In this document: positions 27,107 through 32,000 of the stretch, piece after piece
Position numbering within the stretch: position 1 is the first letter of the stretch
Layout: every line of letters starts with the position of its first letter
Translations under genes and position numbers: made by a program
NCBI RefSeq assembly: GCF_025643275.1
Contig: NZ_CP089977.1
Span: 1,890,001-1,922,000, forward strand
Direction of reading: 5' to 3'
From: Moraxella nasicaprae
Lineage (GTDB): Bacteria; Pseudomonadota; Gammaproteobacteria; Pseudomonadales; Moraxellaceae
DNA: 32,000 nucleotides
The notes under the pieces: model-generated
What the model was told of the DNA's origin: nothing
What the model saw: the letters and a program-made list of their open reading frames with translations, nothing else
Databases searched by the model: none

Positions 27107-27243
27107 TTGCGTGCATTTTTGCAGATTTATGTTATACTGTGCCGTTTAGAATAATAACTTTGCTTGGTGTGATTACTATCATCTGACTTGGTGCAGACTG
27201 GTTAATCAACAAGGATTTTATGTTTAGATTGGGAGAATTGTTG

Positions 27244-27738
27244 ATGTATCAAACATGGATTTTGCAAAAACATTACCCATCGGTCATTTTGTTGGCTTCG
27301 GCGGTTTTTGGCTTAACTGCTTGCAAAGGCGATGAACCACCAAGCACAAGCCCAAAAGTAGAAATAACACCAGTGACTGTGCCACAGTCGCAAGAAGCTA
27401 CACCTGTTGTCACATCGGTCAGAGATGTGCCAGAAATTTGTCCACGCTTAATCCAAAAAAAGGTGGACAAAACCCAGACTGTCCGACACGAAAGCATTAA
27501 AGGCAATCATTGCGACTATTTTATTTACCCTAAGATTGGTGACTATGTGTCGGTCAGTGTGTCAGATGACCGCATGAAACCTGTTTTGGCGATTCCTTAT
27601 CCATTTGATTTTGCCAATGGCTCTTATCAAGTGATTCAAAATGGTCGCCATGTGATTCGAGTGGAGTATGATGCGTTTGGCACTAAGCCTAATCTGATGA
27701 ACTACACCATCGAAGTTGATGTTCGTCCCACGCCATAG
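27244..27738 (+). CDS. Hypothetical lipoprotein
   Basis: It has the lipobox LLASAVFGLTAC. The ATG at 27244 has GGGAGA about 9 nt upstream; an alternative start is at 27220. Confidence 0.55.
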   Translation: MYQTWILQKHYPSVILLASAVFGLTACKGDEPPSTSPKVEITPVTVPQSQEATPVVTSVRDVPEICPRLIQKKVDKTQTVRHESIKGNHCDYFIYPKIGDYVSVSVSDDRMKPVLAIPYPFDFANGSYQVIQNGRHVIRVEYDAFGTKPNLMNYTIEVDVRPTP

Positions 27739-27772
27739 TGGTCGATTGATACTGATTATGACAAGTGATTTT

Positions 27773-27802
27773 ATCCAGTCAAGAAATGGGCTGGATTTTT
27801 TT
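27773..27802 (+). terminator. Rho-independent terminator
   Basis: ATCCAGTC-AAGAAATG-GGCTGGAT is followed by TTTTTTT. Confidence 0.75.
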
Positions 27803-27851
27803 GTGCTTTTTCTTTGGTCTTAATTCATGCTATAATGAGGGGTTTTAATTG

Positions 27852-30542
27852 ATGGCTTTTGGCATGACTGATTTGATGACACATTCTTTATTGATTACCT
27901 GTGCAGATGGGCTAGAACAGGCTTTATTGACTGAGCTTGATGGTTTTGGTATCGCTGGCACGCAGGTGCGAGCAGGGCGAGTGGTGGTGTCGGTTTCTTT
28001 GGCACAGTTTTATCAGATTTGTCTATACAGTCGTGTGGCAAGTCGTGTTGTATTGCCATTGGGCGATTATTATTTTAAGAAAAAACAGGTGACCGAGCAG
28101 GGCATTACCAAAGAAGTCATCGCTGATGATGTCGCTAATGTGCTGTATGAGTTCGCCAGTCGTATTGACTGGACGGCTGTATTTGGTGTAGAGCATACTT
28201 TTGCGGTGCGTGTTAGCGTGGATAAGCGAGTGTCGGTCAATCAGCAGTTTGCAACCATGCGTGTCAAAGATGCCATCGCTGACTGTTTTAATCGTCAATT
28301 TGGTAGCCGTCCTGATGTCGATGCCAAAAATCCTAATTTTGCCATTTTTGTGCAAGTTGGCGTGGATTGTGCCGAGATTGGACTGGATTTGTCTGGCACA
28401 AGTTTGCACCGCCGTGGCTATCGTGTTGCCAATACCGAAGCTCCCCTAAAAGAAAATTTGGCGGCTGCTTTGTTGTATGAGGCAGGCTGGCATTTGGGTC
28501 ATTTTGATGCACTTATCGACCCAATGTGTGGTTCTGGTACTTTTGTCATTGAAGCACTATTGATGCGTGTTAATTATCCTGTTGGTCTGGATAAAAGCAC
28601 CAATCAGTTTGGTTTTTACCATTGGCAACATCATGATGATGAGCTTTGGCAGGCGTGTGTGGCTCGTGCAACGACAGATTTTCATGACAATCTAGCAAAC
28701 TTTGAAGCAAAACCCATCAGTATCATTGCAACCGATGCCAATGCTCATGCCATCTACGCCACTCACAAAAACTTACTGGCGGCAGGATTGGCGACACTCA
28801 CGCCCGTCATTCGTCTGGAACAAAGAGCGATGAGTGGGCTTGATGAACTGCTTGCAACTATCAAGGCCAGCAATCCACTCATCATCAGCAATCCTCCTTA
28901 TGGTGAACGCTTGGGCGATGATGATGTGATTAAACCATTGTATCAGGGCTTGGGACGCAAAGTCGCGGACGGTCTGCGACAAGCTGGTATTGAGGATGGT
29001 TATTTGGCGATTTTGGCAAGTCACATTGAGCATGCTGATGTACTGCCCATTGTCAATCCGCAAACTTTGCGTTGCCATAACGGTGCACTGACGGTGTATT
29101 TTCGACATGGCAGACCAAACACTGCCAGTTTGCCAAGTTTGATTGAGCGATTTGAGCGTAAAGAAGTGGTTCATGATGAGGCTCAGGAATTTGTCAATCG
29201 CCTACAAAAAAATCTTGCCAATCTTAAAAAAATTGCCAAAAAACAAGGCGTAACCAATCTGCGTGTGTATGATGCTGATTTGCCCAATTATAATGTGGCG
29301 GTGGATATTTATGGCGAGCATGTGCATGTTCAAGAGTATGCACCCCCAAAAAGCATCGATGCACAAGTCGCCAAACATCGTTTTAATAATGCGTTGGCGG
29401 TGATTCGTCAGGTGCTTGATGTCAATCGAGAACAGGTCTTCATCAAAACCCGTGCTAAGCAATCAGGTAATGAGCAGTACACCAAAATCGACCATAAAAA
29501 ACGCAAAAAATTGTGGCTGGCACAAGAGAATGGGGCGTATTTTTATGTCAATTTTACTGACTATTTGGATACAGGCTTATTCATCGACCATCGCACGATG
29601 CGTGGCTTGGTGGGGCAAGCCAGTCGTGGCAAAAGAGTGCTAAACCTATTTTCTTATACCTGTACTGCCAGCGTCCATGCGGCTTTGCATGGTGCAAAAA
29701 CCGTGACCAGCGTGGATTTGTCTGCCAACTATTTGGACTGGGGGCGACAAAACTTCTCCCTAAATGGGCTGGTGCTGGATGCCATGTATGACCACGACCT
29801 TAAATATCAGTTCATCGCTGCCGATGTGTTTGAGTGGATTAAGGATAACACCGAGCAGTTTGATGTGATTTTTATTGACCCGCCAACTTTTTCTAATTCC
29901 AAAAAGTTTAAAGGGACTTTTGATGTGCAGCGAGACCATGCAGCACTCATCAATCGTGCCATGAATCGCCTTAGCCATGATGGGGTGCTGTATTTTAGCA
30001 ATAACTTTACCAAATTTGAATTGGACGAACACCTAAAAACACGCTATGAAGTGCTGGAAATGACCCAAAAAACCATTGGGTTTGACTTTGATGACAAAAA
30101 GCCCATTCATCAAAGTTACCAAATTCGCCACAAAAACAGCACCAAATCATCAGCATCGCCTGATGGTACTGCTGCCAATAATCAGCGTGCTGATGATAAG
30201 GTGGTTGGGTCATCGACTGATTTGGTAAAATCATCGAAATTTGCCTCCAAAAAAGCACCATCACAGCAAGCAAGACAAGAAAAGGGTTTTGCCAAAAAAC
30301 ATCACGGCACAGCATCGGGCAATCATCGTCAATTTGCCAAACATCCATCAACACGCACCAATAAAAAGGCTGATTTTGACAAACCTGCTGGCAATAATCA
30401 AATCAGCAAGCCAAGCATTAAGCGAGTGTATGTCAATCCAAAATTGGCTGGGGCAGATGAGATGGCAAAACGACTTGACCAAAAACTGCATGAACAATCA
30501 AGCCAAACCCCAAGAAAATATAAGGTAAAAACAACATCATGA
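27852..30542 (+). CDS. rlmL: Bifunctional 23S rRNA (guanine2069-N7)/(guanine2445-N2) methyltransferase RlmK/RlmL with an approx 135-aa lysine-rich C-terminal tail
   Basis: It has an N-terminal THUMP-like region, the SAM MTase motifs DPMCGSGTF and [10 protein letters not shown], and a second MTase domain ([21 protein letters not shown]). The ATG at 27852 has GAGGGG 9 nt upstream; the track uses a TTG at 27849. Confidence 0.9.
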   Translation: MAFGMTDLMTHSLLITCADGLEQALLTELDGFGIAGTQVRAGRVVVSVSLAQFYQICLYSRVASRVVLPLGDYYFKKKQVTEQGITKEVIADDVANVLYEFASRIDWTAVFGVEHTFAVRVSVDKRVSVNQQFATMRVKDAIADCFNRQFGSRPDVDAKNPNFAIFVQVGVDCAEIGLDLSGTSLHRRGYRVANTEAPLKENLAAALLYEAGWHLGHFDALIDPMCGSGTFVIEALLMRVNYPVGLDKSTNQFGFYHWQHHDDELWQACVARATTDFHDNLANFEAKPISIIATDANAHAIYATHKNLLAAGLATLTPVIRLEQRAMSGLDELLATIKASNPLIISNPPYGERLGDDDVIKPLYQGLGRKVADGLRQAGIEDGYLAILASHIEHADVLPIVNPQTLRCHNGALTVYFRHGRPNTASLPSLIERFERKEVVHDEAQEFVNRLQKNLANLKKIAKKQGVTNLRVYDADLPNYNVAVDIYGEHVHVQEYAPPKSIDAQVAKHRFNNALAVIRQVLDVNREQVFIKTRAKQSGNEQYTKIDHKKRKKLWLAQENGAYFYVNFTDYLDTGLFIDHRTMRGLVGQASRGKRVLNLFSYTCTASVHAALHGAKTVTSVDLSANYLDWGRQNFSLNGLVLDAMYDHDLKYQFIAADVFEWIKDNTEQFDVIFIDPPTFSNSKKFKGTFDVQRDHAALINRAMNRLSHDGVLYFSNNFTKFELDEHLKTRYEVLEMTQKTIGFDFDDKKPIHQSYQIRHKNSTKSSASPDGTAANNQRADDKVVGSSTDLVKSSKFASKKAPSQQARQEKGFAKKHHGTASGNHRQFAKHPSTRTNKKADFDKPAGNNQISKPSIKRVYVNPKLAGADEMAKRLDQKLHEQSSQTPRKYKVKTTS

Positions 30543-31618
30543 GTACCAATCCATCATATGATAGCCCAGAAGATTTGCGTGAATTGGGCGATATTTTGAC
30601 CGCCAAAGACAAAACCATGTCAGATGATGAGAGCGATGACGAGACACCGTATGATTTTGATGATGGCATCAAATCTACTCGTTTTAAGAAATTGCAAAAA
30701 AAGCTTCGCAAAGAGGTTTCTTGGGCAATTCGTGACTTTAAGATGATTGAAGAGGGCGATGTGGTGATGGTCTGCATCTCTGGCGGTAAAGACAGCTTTA
30801 CCTTGCTGGATATTTTGCTATTCCTAAAACGCATTGCTCCCATCAATTTTGAGGTGGTGGCGGTCAATCTTGACCAAAAGCAGCCAGGTTTTCCCGAAGA
30901 TGTATTGCCAAAATACCTGTCAGAACAAGGCATTCCTTATTATATCCTAGAAAAAGATACTTATAGTATCGTCAAGTCAGTCGTGCCAGAGGGCAAAACC
31001 TATTGTTCAGCGTGTTCTCGTTTGCGTCGAGGTTCTTTGTATGGTTTTGCCAAGCAGATTGGGGCAACCAAAGTGGCTTTGGGACATCATCGTGATGACA
31101 TTTTGGCAACTTTCTTTTTAAATTTATTTCATGGTGGCAGCCTAAAAGCAATGCCGCCAAAACTGCTGTCTGATGACAAGCAAAATGTGCTGATTCGTCC
31201 GCTGGCTTATGTTGCCGAAAAAGACATCATCAAATATGCCAATTACAAGCAATTTCCTATCATTCCTTGTAATCTGTGTGGCAGTCAAGAAAACTTGCAA
31301 CGAGCAATGATTAACGATATGCTACGAGAGTGGGATAAGGCTCACCCAAAACGCTTGGCAAGTATGTTTAAGGCATTGCAAAATGTTGCCCCTAGTCAAT
31401 TAGCTGACCGCAACTTGTTTGACTTTGAAAATCTATCTTTGGCTCGCACTGATGACCAGCGGTTGTTTGAGGGCGATAACATTCAGGTGGGTGTGGCGGA
31501 TAAATTGGACAAAATGGGTCTGCCCATCAATCCGTTGGTGCAGTCATTTAACCCTAAATATCAAAAAGATGACAAAGAAACAACCAATAAAATACCTGTC
31601 ATCAATCCGCTTTTGTGA
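30539..31618 (+). CDS. ttcA: tRNA 2-thiocytidine(32) synthetase with an acidic N-terminal extension
   Basis: It is colinear with E. coli TtcA from [11 protein letters not shown] onward. It has the PP-loop CISGGKDS and the Fe-S cysteines [10 protein letters not shown] and CNLCGSQ. There is an ATGA overlap with the rlmL stop. The start could instead be the internal Met27. Confidence 0.9.
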   Translation: MSTNPSYDSPEDLRELGDILTAKDKTMSDDESDDETPYDFDDGIKSTRFKKLQKKLRKEVSWAIRDFKMIEEGDVVMVCISGGKDSFTLLDILLFLKRIAPINFEVVAVNLDQKQPGFPEDVLPKYLSEQGIPYYILEKDTYSIVKSVVPEGKTYCSACSRLRRGSLYGFAKQIGATKVALGHHRDDILATFFLNLFHGGSLKAMPPKLLSDDKQNVLIRPLAYVAEKDIIKYANYKQFPIIPCNLCGSQENLQRAMINDMLREWDKAHPKRLASMFKALQNVAPSQLADRNLFDFENLSLARTDDQRLFEGDNIQVGVADKLDKMGLPINPLVQSFNPKYQKDDKETTNKIPVINPLL

Positions 31619-31630
31619 TGACTAAATGAC

Positions 31631-31663
31631 AAAACATCAGATTGGATTGGTCTGATGTTTTTT
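31631..31663 (+). terminator. Rho-independent terminator of ttcA
   Basis: AAAACATCAGA-TTGGATTGG-TCTGATGTTTT forms an 11-bp stem followed by a T-run. Confidence 0.8.
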
Positions 31664-31678
31664 ATTTAAGGTGGCGAT

Positions 31679-32000
31679 ATGACTATCCATTTGGATTTAT
31701 TTGATGAGCAAGATTATTCCTTATTTGCCCAAGTGCTACAAAATCCACAAGTCATGAAAAATATCACAGGTCATGCCATTGATGATGACAGTGTTCAAAA
31801 AGCATGGGAAAATCGGTTAATGCCCATCAATGCCAAAAATGAAGTGGCAGGCTATTATAAAATCCTACTTGATGGCAATTATATTGGCTATGGTAAATTA
31901 AGTTTTGATGATGTCATTTTTGATAGACCATGTATTGAAATTGGTTATTTTTTATTGCCAGAATTTTGGGGATGGGGGATTGGTTATCAAGTGGGACTAA
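31679..32000 (+). CDS. GNAT-family N-acetyltransferase (3' end lies beyond the window)
   Basis: It is absent from the ORF track because there is no stop codon in the window. Hand translation gives MTIHLDLFDEQDYSLFAQVLQNPQVMKNITGHAIDDDSVQKAWENRL...IEIGYFLLPEFWGWGIGYQVGL. The E.GY.L.PE.WG.G.G pattern is typical of RimJ/RimL-like GNATs. Confidence 0.65.
   Translation, partial: MTIHLDLFDEQDYSLFAQVLQNPQVMKNITGHAIDDDSVQKAWENRLMPINAKNEVAGYYKILLDGNYIGYGKLSFDDVIFDRPCIEIGYFLLPEFWGWGIGYQVGL

Noticed and set aside
28193-28203. An 11-nt identity (GCATACTTTTG) between the right arm of the inverted-repeat element and the rlmL coding sequence.
   Set aside because: It is a single short match inside a conserved coding region with no flanking similarity. 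It is most likely coincidence.
1-32000. CRISPR arrays, tRNA or rRNA genes, IS elements, integrases, prophage structural genes and known defence-system genes.
   Set aside because: I saw no regularly spaced direct repeats, no cloverleaf-like or rRNA-like conserved segments in the intergenic regions, and no ORF with transposase, integrase, nuclease or ATPase hallmarks. The only repeats are the 29-bp terminator pair and the local inverted repeats reported above.

Overview
This window looks like an ordinary chromosomal, mostly housekeeping segment of a gammaproteobacterium. GC is roughly 40-45% by eye. Protein sequences and gene order look Moraxellaceae or Moraxella-like, which is inference only. 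The supporting arrangements are cmk-rpsA-ihfB-lapA-pyrF, divergent ppsR/ppsA, and cysI-DUF934-cysG. I can support 32 protein-coding genes, one of them a 59-aa ORF below the ORF-track cutoff, plus about ten clear rho-independent terminators and a few sigma70-like promoters. I found no rRNA, tRNA, CRISPR array, IS element, integrase or recognisable defence gene. I do not see a large novel multi-gene system. The best candidate for something undescribed is a small AT-rich ~1 kb cassette at 981-1981. It carries an XRE repressor and two divergently transcribed tiny basic proteins. It is bracketed by a perfect 29-bp direct repeat of a terminator hairpin and sits between alaA and the sulfite-reduction operon. 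Secondary observations are listed here. (1) There is a sharp compositional (GC3) mosaic inside cysI-DUF934-cysG. (2) A ~125-bp nested inverted-repeat element, MITE-like or a structured RNA, lies in the 400-bp lysO/mscS intergenic region. (3) A TPR plus DXD-glycosyltransferase-like gene is translationally coupled to an MscS channel. (4) RlmKL, TtcA and SthA carry lineage-specific charged extensions. All coordinates derived by hand may be off by 1-2 nt. In particular, between about 24565 and 25020 my hand count disagreed with the ORF-track frame by 1 nt.
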